30,587 nucleotides of DNA from positions 1 through 30,587 of the IMG/VR virus record IMGVR_UViG_3300012347_000264. One strand, 5' to 3'. Positions 1 to 7,371 of the stretch are shown here, piece by piece. The translations under genes and the position numbers were made by a program. Source of the DNA: a virus (lineage: Duplodnaviria; Caudoviricetes). Position 1 is the stretch's first letter, and the number at the start of each line of letters is the position of its first letter. The notes beneath the pieces are model-generated. The model was not told where the DNA came from, did no database searches, and saw only the letters and a list, made by a program, of their open reading frames with translations.

Positions 1-45
1 TTGTGCAGGAGTACTGCCCTTGTCTGATAACAATATGCTAATCAT
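1..45 (-). CDS. Partial gene (5' end, MISILLSDKGSTPAQ...), probably the next member of the small-gene array, running off the window
   Basis: ATG in ATGA overlap with the stop of 42..287, preceded by TTGAGGTGGTC; frame open to the window edge. Confidence 0.7.
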   Translation of the reverse strand, partial: MISILLSDKGSTPAQ

Positions 46-287
46 GACCACCTCAACATAAACCAAGAGTACAAGTCTTCATCTTCAAAATCGACCCAGT
101 GCATAACAGAACTTTCATATACGTTGCCCACATCCACCATGTGATAAACTGCACAGTACTCGGCTAGTGCCGTATTAACATGATCGTCGGTTACTGCCTG
201 TGGCCCCACTTGTTCTTGCAGGTGTGCAACAAATTTGTTCCACACCGGGGTAGGTGCAAAGTCTTTAACAAGATCCATTCGTATCAT
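42..287 (-). CDS. Small FxLRW-motif array protein
   Basis: Ends DFEDEDLYSWFMLRWS; start reassigned to the ATGA overlap at 287 after the GAGGTGG SD. Confidence 0.85.
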   Translation of the reverse strand: MIRMDLVKDFAPTPVWNKFVAHLQEQVGPQAVTDDHVNTALAEYCAVYHMVDVGNVYESSVMHWVDFEDEDLYSWFMLRWS

Positions 288-478
288 AACCACCTCAATG
301 CAAACAGTGTAGCATCTTCTTCTTTATGGAACCAAAATGTTCGGCCAGTGTCCCATGCCCAACGCTTGCCATTGGGTTCCGGTGGCCCAAAGTTATCCAA
401 GCACCACTTCCAAGCAATCTGTGTACCACTTTCCCCGTATACATTGCGAAGTTTCTTGCTGATTGTAATCTCGATCAT
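284..478 (-). CDS. Small FxLRW-motif array protein
   Basis: WCLDNFG...FWFHKEEDATLFALRWL; ATGA overlap start. Confidence 0.85.
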   Translation of the reverse strand: MIEITISKKLRNVYGESGTQIAWKWCLDNFGPPEPNGKRWAWDTGRTFWFHKEEDATLFALRWL

Positions 479-714
479 GTCCATCTCAATAAAAATACGC
501 TAGCATCTTTTTCGTCTTTAAAGTAAAAAGTTCTACCATACTTTTTAAATTCACCGCAGTTTTCACTTACCCACAGTTCAATGTCGATTGCGTGATAACG
601 GCTTTTGAATCCATACGGATATTCAACCTGAGTCCATCCTACTGTACTAGATTCTAACTCATACAGCTCACGTTTGATCTCTTCCATTATTTCCGTGTGA
701 CGATCTAAGATCAT
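475..714 (-). CDS. Small FxLRW-motif array protein
   Basis: Ends FYFKDEKDASVFLLRWT; ATGA overlap. Confidence 0.85.
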   Translation of the reverse strand: MILDRHTEIMEEIKRELYELESSTVGWTQVEYPYGFKSRYHAIDIELWVSENCGEFKKYGRTFYFKDEKDASVFLLRWT

Positions 715-941
715 GCAAACCTCAGTAAAAACATTGTGTAATCCTGCTCATTGTCGAACACTAGAAAATTCTCCTTGGTATCCCAACTCCACTTACGGTG
801 TGCGTTAAACTCTTGTTTAATGTAGTCAAATACTTCCATGTCGATTTTTCCGTCGGCGCTCATCTTCTTGACAATTTTAACATTGTAGCCATTCTCTAGT
901 ATAGAGACTTGATATTGCTTACGCCAGAAACACCAGTTCAT
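711..941 (-). CDS. Small FxLRW-motif array protein
   Basis: Ends LVFDNEQDYTMFLLRFA; ATGA overlap. Confidence 0.85.
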   Translation of the reverse strand: MNWCFWRKQYQVSILENGYNVKIVKKMSADGKIDMEVFDYIKQEFNAHRKWSWDTKENFLVFDNEQDYTMFLLRFA

Positions 942-1159
942 GCAAACCTCAACATAAACAACAAATAGTCATGTTCGTTTTCAAAATAGAACTTGGTAGA
1001 CTCGGGGTCTTTATCAATGGCGTTCCATTTTTCGAGGGCACGAGTGATGGATTCGGCATCATTGAAATCGTGCCCTTCTGATTCGCAGTGGTCACGAAAG
1101 TTTAGCCACCACTTGTGTCGCCCGCCACCAATTTGAGTATCAATATCCACTTCAATCAT
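938..1159 (-). CDS. Small FxLRW-motif array protein (paralog of 5332..5550)
   Basis: MIEVD...WNAIDKDPES...FYFENEHDYLLFMLRFA. Confidence 0.85.
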   Translation of the reverse strand: MIEVDIDTQIGGGRHKWWLNFRDHCESEGHDFNDAESITRALEKWNAIDKDPESTKFYFENEHDYLLFMLRFA

Positions 1160-1335
1160 GCCCACCTCAATGCAAACATTATAGCATCTTGTTCATTTTT
1201 AAAAAAGAAAGTGCCGTCATAACAGTACCAAATATCGCCCCAGGTAGTGTCGCCAAACGTTTGAATACACCATCGGCGTTTTGCCCCAGGGTATACTTGA
1301 TGCTTAAACACATACCACCGGCCGTCATAGGTCAT
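1156..1335 (-). CDS. Small FxLRW-motif array protein
   Basis: WCIQTFG...FFFKNEQDAIMFALRWA. Confidence 0.85.
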   Translation of the reverse strand: MTYDGRWYVFKHQVYPGAKRRWCIQTFGDTTWGDIWYCYDGTFFFKNEQDAIMFALRWA

Positions 1336-1556
1336 GACCACTTTAGCAAAAAGTAAGCTAAATCTTGTTCTGTGTCAAATACAATGTTTTTGGATATATT
1401 GTCCCAATGTGCATTATACTCTTTTAGAAGTACATCTCCGCTAACTAGGTTGCCGCTCCCGCTGGTTAACTGTGGTTCCATTACTTTCTTGTAAAAGTTT
1501 TTGTATACCTGCGGGCTTGTTCTGTAAGTATCTGATATATAAAGTGTTCGGGTCAT
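1332..1556 (-). CDS. Small FxLRW-motif array protein
   Basis: Ends IVFDTEQDLAYFLLKWS; start at ATGA overlap. Confidence 0.85.
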   Translation of the reverse strand: MTRTLYISDTYRTSPQVYKNFYKKVMEPQLTSGSGNLVSGDVLLKEYNAHWDNISKNIVFDTEQDLAYFLLKWS

Positions 1557-1810
1557 AACCACCTCAATGCAAACATAGTCCACTGCTGCTCAGTGAACTC
1601 AAATGTCATTGATTCTTGCTCATCACGATAGATACGATTTATGCCAAAGTATTTAGGCCCACTCTCAGCAATACCTTCATACCCATCGTTCATCCATTGC
1701 TCTCGTATTTCAGGAGTCATGTTTTGTTGAATAACAGCATTGACCATCTTCCAGGTCTTAAAGGTATTGTTGTCTTTATCAAACCTAGCATTGTATCTTA
1801 GAACTTTCAT
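1553..1810 (-). CDS. Small FxLRW-motif array protein
   Basis: Ends FEFTEQQWTMFALRWL; start at ATGA overlap. Confidence 0.85.
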   Translation of the reverse strand: MKVLRYNARFDKDNNTFKTWKMVNAVIQQNMTPEIREQWMNDGYEGIAESGPKYFGINRIYRDEQESMTFEFTEQQWTMFALRWL

Positions 1811-2019
1811 GACCACCTCAATGCAAATAATACAGCATCTTGCTCGGATATAAAATGCCACACAGTTTGGTCCCGGCGAAACATGGCACCCCTGTAATCG
1901 TCCACACAGTTCTGTTTACACCACTCAAACCTCTCGTCCTTGCCCCAGACCCAACCACCTGAATGTGGAACTTCCACACGATGTTGTAGTGCTCGGCTGC
2001 GACTGTATTTTGCTGTCAC
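1807..2019 (-). CDS. Small FxLRW-motif array protein
   Basis: WCKQNC...WHFISEQDAVLFALRWS; GTGA overlap start. Confidence 0.85.
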   Translation of the reverse strand: MTAKYSRSRALQHRVEVPHSGGWVWGKDERFEWCKQNCVDDYRGAMFRRDQTVWHFISEQDAVLFALRWS

Positions 2020-2201
2020 AACCACTTTAATGCAAACATTGTAGCATCTTTTTCATGTTGAAAGTTGAAGGTAACATACTGTCGTTTATCAACTACTTCC
2101 CATGTGCGATTAAGCAAGTTCATGCCATGCTCTTGTGCCCATTCCTGGCGCTCTGACACTTCAATAATATTGCGACATGCAACAGTTACAGGATACCACA
2201 T
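2016..2201 (-). CDS. Small FxLRW-motif array protein
   Basis: Ends FNFQHEKDATMFALKWL; TAATG overlap start. Confidence 0.85.
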   Translation of the reverse strand: MWYPVTVACRNIIEVSERQEWAQEHGMNLLNRTWEVVDKRQYVTFNFQHEKDATMFALKWL

Positions 2202-2440
2202 TATGACCACCTCAATAAGAACATTGCTAAATCGGCGTCGTTATTGAATTCTAAATCCACTGAAGTAGTAAATTGTGTATGTTCTTTTTTGTGTATATGT
2301 GCCGTTTTGCAACCATACTCAACGGCAACAAAAGCAATAGTACCAGTTACGCCACGCTCGGGCGTCCAAGAGGTATTAACGGCCTTCTTCCAGCAATGAT
2401 ATACTTGATCACCTGGGCCCACGTGAAATTTTAAACTCAT
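2201..2440 (-). CDS. Small FxLRW-motif array protein
   Basis: Ends LEFNNDADLAMFLLRWS. Confidence 0.85.
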   Translation of the reverse strand: MSLKFHVGPGDQVYHCWKKAVNTSWTPERGVTGTIAFVAVEYGCKTAHIHKKEHTQFTTSVDLEFNNDADLAMFLLRWS

Positions 2441-2721
2441 GCCCACCTCATTAAGAACACTGCCTTGTCACGTTCGTGTTTAAAGAAGATTGTTTCGAAT
2501 CTCCAAAGCCAGTCACGCCCAAAGTGTTCTTCACACCACAGCATGATTTCGTCAAACGGTGCAGCGCCATTGTACTGCCAGTAAGGGAAATAATGACACA
2601 CAATGTTAATAGCATCCCCGTCATTTGTGTACAGGCAAGGAGTCTCTGCCACAAACTCCCGCAGGCGTTCGGGGACCGTATGGTAGATTGAATTAATTTG
2701 CAGTGTGTCTTTTACTTTCAT
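2437..2721 (-). CDS. Small FxLRW-motif array protein
   Basis: WCEEHFG...IFFKHERDKAVFLMRWA. Confidence 0.85.
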   Translation of the reverse strand: MKVKDTLQINSIYHTVPERLREFVAETPCLYTNDGDAINIVCHYFPYWQYNGAAPFDEIMLWCEEHFGRDWLWRFETIFFKHERDKAVFLMRWA

Positions 2722-2954
2722 GCCCAACGTAACATAAACAAAGTTGCCTTTTCCTTGCTTGCAAATTGCCAGTGAGTGCCAACATGGAAATGTTTTTCGC
2801 GCCAGCCACCATCAGTTGGGCGATTGTTATTACCAAACATAGCAACACACCAATCCCACATACGATCGTACTCATTTTCACGAACTTTTTCGTAGGATAG
2901 TGTTACATGCCATTGCCACACTCGGGCGTCTTTTCGTCGTTGTTTGCTGTTCAT
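2718..2954 (-). CDS. Small FxLRW-motif array protein
   Basis: WCVAMFG...WQFASKEKATLFMLRWA. Confidence 0.85.
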   Translation of the reverse strand: MNSKQRRKDARVWQWHVTLSYEKVRENEYDRMWDWCVAMFGNNNRPTDGGWREKHFHVGTHWQFASKEKATLFMLRWA

Positions 2955-3157
2955 CCTGATACCTTTAGTGCAAATATTATAGCATCCTTTTCATTTTCGA
3001 AATAAACGCCGTGGCCGCCCAATGCAAACGCACCTACACCGTCGTGATTAAGGCACCATTCGTATGACTCAGTACTACTTAGGTTTACCCGATTAAAACT
3101 AATGTATGTATATACATCAGGGTTGGTAAAATCGGCAGTGTTTGGGATATACCTCAC
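2951..3157 (-). CDS. Small FxLRW-motif array protein (variant C-terminus)
   Basis: Ends VYFENEKDAIIFALKVSG; GTGA overlap start. Confidence 0.8.
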   Translation of the reverse strand: MRYIPNTADFTNPDVYTYISFNRVNLSSTESYEWCLNHDGVGAFALGGHGVYFENEKDAIIFALKVSG

Positions 3158-3369
3158 GCCCACCTCATCATAAAAAATGTTCTATCTTCTTCTGTGTTAA
3201 ATGCCCAATGATGTTCTACGTCACTGTAGCTACCCATTTTGCTCAGTAGTACGGTTTTGTACTCTTTCAACATCCAATCATTATACAGTATCTCATAGTG
3301 ATTGATATTGTCACGAAAGTAATTGTTGGAATTTCTAAAGTAAGGTTGACGTTCGCAGTAAAACATCAT
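3154..3369 (-). CDS. Small FxLRW-motif array protein
   Basis: Ends WAFNTEEDRTFFMMRWA. Confidence 0.85.
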   Translation of the reverse strand: MMFYCERQPYFRNSNNYFRDNINHYEILYNDWMLKEYKTVLLSKMGSYSDVEHHWAFNTEEDRTFFMMRWA

Positions 3370-3584
3370 GCCCACCTCAACATAAACAGAGTCATATCTT
3401 CTTCTCTGCGAAACTTAATCCATCCGCCGTGGTTATCCCAAGTTCCATTGCCTAATGCTAGTCCCGGGTGACCGAATGTGGCCCAACACCAGCCGTATAC
3501 TTCTCCCATCTCTGGACCTTGTGGACTGTAGTACCATTCCCACTCATAGTATCGGCCTGGGCAATGTTTAAATTCAACTTTCAT
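3366..3584 (-). CDS. Small FxLRW-motif array protein
   Basis: WCWATFG...IKFRREEDMTLFMLRWA. Confidence 0.85.
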   Translation of the reverse strand: MKVEFKHCPGRYYEWEWYYSPQGPEMGEVYGWCWATFGHPGLALGNGTWDNHGGWIKFRREEDMTLFMLRWA

Positions 3585-3778
3585 GCCCACCTCAACGCAA
3601 ACAGTGTAGCATCTGCTTCACGCACAAATTTAAATGTGTAATCCCAGTCGTCTTTAAAGTAGTCTGGCTTTGTGAAGTCCCAGTCTCTTTTCTGATATAA
3701 ATTTTGATGTAGCAGCCAAGTAAAAACATCTGGAAGAACTTGATCCCGCTTAATACTGATACAAACATCGTGTGTCAT
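3581..3778 (-). CDS. Small FxLRW-motif array protein
   Basis: Ends FKFVREADATLFALRWA. Confidence 0.85.
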   Translation of the reverse strand: MTHDVCISIKRDQVLPDVFTWLLHQNLYQKRDWDFTKPDYFKDDWDYTFKFVREADATLFALRWA

Positions 3779-4041
3779 GCCCACCTCAACGCAAACAAAA
3801 TGTGTTCTTGCTCACACAAGAACTTGAAAATATATCTGCCAGTGTATCTAAAATTGTCACCGTGTGCTTCCCATTCAGCTTCGGTGCATATAAACTTATA
3901 CTCACGCTCTTCTCGCAACCAATGCATGGCTTTTGAGTATGTGCGGTAGTCGGGCACAATGTGATGGAACATTTTTCCGCCCTCGCATCTATGCTTATGG
4001 TGACAAATATCTTCCCACTCTAATTTGACTGCGTCTGTCAT
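3775..4041 (-). CDS. Small FxLRW-motif array protein
   Basis: Ends FKFLCEQEHILFALRWA; start MTDAVKL at ATGA overlap. Confidence 0.85.
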   Translation of the reverse strand: MTDAVKLEWEDICHHKHRCEGGKMFHHIVPDYRTYSKAMHWLREEREYKFICTEAEWEAHGDNFRYTGRYIFKFLCEQEHILFALRWA

Positions 4042-4205
4042 GACCACTTTAACTCGTACATCATAAACGCTCGTTCGTCTTTGAAGTAAAGGTGCCCGCG
4101 ATGCCTCCACCAGTTGCCACCTTTGCAATCTCTGCCTAAGGTCATACGGCACCACTCTACGCGAGCATATGCTTCTGGAATTTTTACTTTACGAAAGAAC
4201 TTCAT
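4038..4205 (-). CDS. Small FxLRW-motif array protein
   Basis: WCRMTLG...LYFKDERAFMMYELKWS. Confidence 0.85.
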   Translation of the reverse strand: MKFFRKVKIPEAYARVEWCRMTLGRDCKGGNWWRHRGHLYFKDERAFMMYELKWS

Positions 4206-4459
4206 TGAAACCTCAACAAAAACCAAGCATACTTCTTTTCATTTGTCATAGTAAACCCGTACAAGGTTTGGCCTTCGGGTAGTATATGCATCTGTATTCC
4301 GCATTCCTCTTCAAGTAGTTTCAATGTGTTTTCGCTGTGACGGACAGGGCCTATGTGATTGGGCCAACGCCACAGTGCCCATTTATCAATGCCCTCCATA
4401 ATTCTTTTGCGAATTGTTAGCTGTTCTGTGATAATGATATTGTTTGGAATCAGTCTCAT
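4202..4459 (-). CDS. Small FxLRW-motif array protein
   Basis: Ends FTMTNEKKYAWFLLRFQ. Confidence 0.8.
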   Translation of the reverse strand: MRLIPNNIIITEQLTIRKRIMEGIDKWALWRWPNHIGPVRHSENTLKLLEEECGIQMHILPEGQTLYGFTMTNEKKYAWFLLRFQ

Positions 4460-4890
4460 TGCCACTTCAACTTATAAAACACAAAATCCTTTTCGTCACG
4501 GAAGTTGATAACTCCTAAACCAACCCACCAGCGACTCCAGGCATCTTGCTTGGTCGGATGCGGCCCAAACTGTTCAGTACACCATTCAATAATGCTGTTA
4601 TACTCGTCTGACATGCGCCACGTTGCATGACCCGTTATCTCAGCACTATACCATTTAGCCCGACTGAATTGATACTTGGGTTTTGTAGCAGGATGCATTG
4701 GTAAAAAGATTTCTTTACATAAGTTAGTATCGTAGATTCGATTTTTCAATAACTTCATGTACATGCTTTTACCAGTTTGGCGACCCATGCCGATTACATT
4801 CATTGTGCCAGCCGGAATACCACCAGTAGTATTACCTAACACAGTTGGCATCCATGTTTCAAGATCAACTATGATTGTTTTATTTTTCAT
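4456..4890 (-). CDS. FxLRW-motif array protein with N-terminal P-loop-like extension
   Basis: N-terminal GGIPAGTMNVIGMGRQTGKS; C-terminal WCTEQFG...INFRDEKDFVFYKLKWQ. Confidence 0.85.
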   Translation of the reverse strand: MKNKTIIVDLETWMPTVLGNTTGGIPAGTMNVIGMGRQTGKSMYMKLLKNRIYDTNLCKEIFLPMHPATKPKYQFSRAKWYSAEITGHATWRMSDEYNSIIEWCTEQFGPHPTKQDAWSRWWVGLGVINFRDEKDFVFYKLKWQ

Positions 4891-5117
4891 GCCCATTTCA
4901 GTGCAAAAATTAATGCATCTGCCTCTCTATCAAAAACAAAGTTTGTGTGCCGTGGAAAACGCTCGTATGTAAATGAATACTTACGGCAGTGATAGGACAC
5001 AGCAGGGTCGTTTAGTGCAACGTTATCCTTGCACCATCTAATAATGTCTCTTAGAACTTCTGCACGGTAATGATCAGTCATCACATGCCAAGTATCAAAA
5101 ACGCCGGGTGTAATCAT
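4887..5117 (-). CDS. Small FxLRW-motif array protein
   Basis: WCKDNV...FVFDREADALIFALKWA; start MITPGVF at ATGA overlap. Confidence 0.85.
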   Translation of the reverse strand: MITPGVFDTWHVMTDHYRAEVLRDIIRWCKDNVALNDPAVSYHCRKYSFTYERFPRHTNFVFDREADALIFALKWA

Positions 5118-5335
5118 ACCCATTTTAGCTTCCAAATTAGATACATTTCGGGTGTAAGGTAAAACGCAGTATTTGAATTGTCCATTGGCTTGCACAATTC
5201 AATGGGCTGTTTACGTAACCACTCAAACATTTCATGTGATCCTTTAACACAAACATCGTCTGTGTCGTCAAAGCAACGAGTTTGTCCAGCATAGGTAAAC
5301 AGCTCGTATCGACCATTGCGTGGCAAGTGACTCAT
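5114..5335 (-). CDS. Small FxLRW-motif array protein
   Basis: Ends FYLTPEMYLIWKLKWV. Confidence 0.8.
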   Translation of the reverse strand: MSHLPRNGRYELFTYAGQTRCFDDTDDVCVKGSHEMFEWLRKQPIELCKPMDNSNTAFYLTPEMYLIWKLKWV

Positions 5336-5550
5336 GACCACCTCAGCATAAACATCAGCTGATCTCGCTCGTATTCAAAGTAGAACACACTAGACTCTGG
5401 ATCTTTATCAATGGCATTCCACTCCTTTAGCATTCGTGTGATCTCATGCTCGTCTTCCATGTCAATACCTTGTGACATGTGATAGTTGTAAAAGTTACGC
5501 CACCATTGGTGCCACATGCCCTGGTCGTTTATTACGTCTACTTCGATCAT
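5332..5550 (-). CDS. Small FxLRW-motif array protein (paralog of 938..1159)
   Basis: MIEVD...WNAIDKDPES...FYFEYERDQLMFMLRWS. Confidence 0.85.
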   Translation of the reverse strand: MIEVDVINDQGMWHQWWRNFYNYHMSQGIDMEDEHEITRMLKEWNAIDKDPESSVFYFEYERDQLMFMLRWS

Positions 5551-5789
5551 GCCCACCTCAACACAAACATCTGGGCAGCAACTCGGTCTTCAAAGTAGTA
5601 TTCAAATCCCGCTTCGCCATTGCCCAACAGTATTCCGGCTGGATAGTATCGGCCACCGTAGTCTTCAGTTTTAAGCCAATTCATTAGCTTAAGCGAGTCG
5701 CGTGTTGCCATGACGCGAACCGGGATGAATACTCTAATCCATCCTCGATCTTGCAGCACTTTTATATGTTTACCGTTCCAGACTCTCAT
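5547..5789 (-). CDS. Small FxLRW-motif array protein, first gene of the long coupled run
   Basis: Ends YYFEDRVAAQMFVLRWA; ATG 6 nt after a TGCTATAAT box. Confidence 0.8.
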   Translation of the reverse strand: MRVWNGKHIKVLQDRGWIRVFIPVRVMATRDSLKLMNWLKTEDYGGRYYPAGILLGNGEAGFEYYFEDRVAAQMFVLRWA

Positions 5790-5795
5790 GTGCCA

Positions 5796-5804
5796 ATTAT
5801 AGCA
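5796..5804 (-). promoter_or_regulatory. Extended -10 promoter (TGCTATAAT) driving the array, likely leaderless
   Basis: TGnTATAAT in the only intergenic gap of the array, 6 nt before the ATG at 5789. Confidence 0.7.
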
Positions 5805-5836
5805 CATTCTGGGTTATTACAGAAATGTAATACTTT

Positions 5837-6052
5837 TTACTTGGTGCCCCAATGCAGCAAGAAGGCCGTCACACAGGCCCTGCTTTTTAGTTTCCAAATG
5901 TCATAGGATATGCGTTTACCCATATCACGTTCAGTTACCCATTCGGTGATCTCTACTGCTTCTGCTTCGGTTATTGCATTGTAGTAAGAGGGCGGATCTG
6001 AATAATGCTTGACTCGTACTCTGCATCGCAACGGTTCAATTTTATAGATCAT
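5837..6052 (-). CDS. FxLRW-like array protein (variant FLLHW)
   Basis: Ends WKLKSRACVTAFLLHWGTK; start MIYKIEP at ATGA overlap. Confidence 0.75.
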   Translation of the reverse strand: MIYKIEPLRCRVRVKHYSDPPSYYNAITEAEAVEITEWVTERDMGKRISYDIWKLKSRACVTAFLLHWGTK

Positions 6053-6357
6053 AGCCATTTCAGTGCAAACAGTGTGGCATCCGACTGTCGCTTGAACACA
6101 AATTGTCTTCCGCTGTGCTTCCAATTACGTGAATTAAAGTTTTCGTAACACCAGCGTTCTGCGTTGTGAACTTGGTCCCATGGCCCGTGATCAAGGTTTA
6201 ACTGATATGGCCAGTACTTAACATTGTACATTTTTGGGTTGTACTGGAAAAGTGACGAATAAGAAACATTCATTGGCTGCGAACCGATGATGTCTCGTGC
6301 AAGAAGGGTTGGCATAACTTTCCGGATCGTGGGTAACACAATTTTATGAAAACTCAT
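6049..6357 (-). CDS. FxLRW-motif protein with N-terminal major-capsid (gp23 Gol-like) peptide
   Basis: IVLPTIRKVMPTLLARDIIGSQPMN then WCYENF...FVFKRQSDATLFALKWL. Confidence 0.85.
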   Translation of the reverse strand: MSFHKIVLPTIRKVMPTLLARDIIGSQPMNVSYSSLFQYNPKMYNVKYWPYQLNLDHGPWDQVHNAERWCYENFNSRNWKHSGRQFVFKRQSDATLFALKWL

Positions 6358-6563
6358 GACCACCTCAATACAAATTCTGTTAACGTCATCTCGTCTGGGA
6401 CCACAACGGTCATTCCTTGTGTTACTGCTCCACGCTCGCTGCACCACTCAATGAGTTCGCCAACATGGTCTGCCCAGTATTGATAGTCCACAAGTATTAC
6501 TAGCTTTTCTTTATCCACTAACCCATCCGGAGCAATGATAAAACGTTCGCCAACCTTAAGCAT
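6354..6563 (-). CDS. Small FxLRW-motif array protein
   Basis: WCSERG...PDEMTLTEFVLRWS. Confidence 0.8.
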   Translation of the reverse strand: MLKVGERFIIAPDGLVDKEKLVILVDYQYWADHVGELIEWCSERGAVTQGMTVVVPDEMTLTEFVLRWS

Positions 6564-6912
6564 AGTCGGATCGCTGCAACAGTTTCCACATCACAACCTT
6601 TTCTAAATCGTCAGCAAACTTTTTAGCTTGATCTTCTTTTGGAAATGCCAGTGCAGCAATACCGTTAAGTTGTTCTAGCACACGCTCCACAGGTAACTCG
6701 CTATCGCTTGCGGCGAGTATGCTATCCACGGTTAGATAATTATCTGCGTTGATAAAAACAACATGAAATGCACCTGTGCTAAACGCCATGTCCCAAATGC
6801 GTTTTAACTGAACTGAGGAACGAACTAGTCCACGTCTTTCGTCCCAGCTTACTCTCCAATGCGGTGTGCCGCTAGGTCCCATAATAGGAAAGATAGTTAG
6901 AAATTCGCTCAT
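6556..6912 (-). CDS. Hypothetical protein
   Basis: 118-aa ORF overlapping both neighbours; ends VMWKLLQRSDYA. Confidence 0.75.
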   Translation of the reverse strand: MSEFLTIFPIMGPSGTPHWRVSWDERRGLVRSSVQLKRIWDMAFSTGAFHVVFINADNYLTVDSILAASDSELPVERVLEQLNGIAALAFPKEDQAKKFADDLEKVVMWKLLQRSDYA

Positions 6913-7136
6913 AGGTATTTCAATCTAAACATTGTTTCGCTGGCATCATCGTAAAAGTCCAAATACATAACACCGACCCATCCTGACATTGGATCCCACA
7001 CATTATGATCTCGGGTAGTGAAGCCCAACTCTCGTTTCATAACGTCACGAAGCATAAACACACTTGGCTTATGTGCCCAGTCTTGTTTAAGTTGAGCTGA
7101 GATTTGTCTCCATTCTTGGTGGCTAAGTTTTATCAT
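6909..7136 (-). CDS. FxLKY variant of the array family
   Basis: Ends LDFYDDASETMFRLKYL. Confidence 0.8.
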   Translation of the reverse strand: MIKLSHQEWRQISAQLKQDWAHKPSVFMLRDVMKRELGFTTRDHNVWDPMSGWVGVMYLDFYDDASETMFRLKYL

Positions 7137-7371
7137 ATTTTAGCTTGAAAAATGTTGCATCCGCTTCTTTGAGTTTAGCTGTCACTCTATACATAAGTGA
7201 GTACGTGCGATAGTCATTGCATCGTCCCCATTGCGGAGTTTCGACTGCATGTTCCATGACCCATTTCCCGGCGTCGGTTTGCTGCCATTCAAACAAAGGT
7301 ACAGCAGCGTAGATTTCGGGATCGTCTACGTCACTTAGAGTAAATTCATAAACAACTAAAGTTACCGCCAT
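7123..7371 (-). CDS. FxLKY variant of the array family
   Basis: Ends LKEADATFFKLKYDKT. Confidence 0.8.
   Translation of the reverse strand: MAVTLVVYEFTLSDVDDPEIYAAVPLFEWQQTDAGKWVMEHAVETPQWGRCNDYRTYSLMYRVTAKLKEADATFFKLKYDKT

Larger units (their letters stand above)
42..6368 (-). repeat. Recurrent gene-junction motif (T/A/C)TGAGGTGG(G/T)(C/T)ATGA and variants
   Basis: GAGGTGG at junctions starting 42, 284, 1156, 1553, 1807, 2201, 2437, 3154, 3366, 3581, 3775, 5332, 5547, 6354; variants AAGTGG/AAATGG/AGGTTT/AGATGG at most others. Confidence 0.9.

Noticed and set aside
42-6368. Junction repeats as a CRISPR array or integron attC sites
   Set aside because: Repeats are only ~15 nt, degenerate and coding. 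Spacers are 170-430-nt ORFs. There is no palindromic attC structure, and no cas or integrase gene in the window.
42-6447. Longer N-termini given by the ORF track (MVM-, MGM-, ...CIEVVM-)
   Set aside because: These extensions are the previous gene's FALRW codons read in another frame. The SD position and ATGA overlap indicate the downstream ATG.
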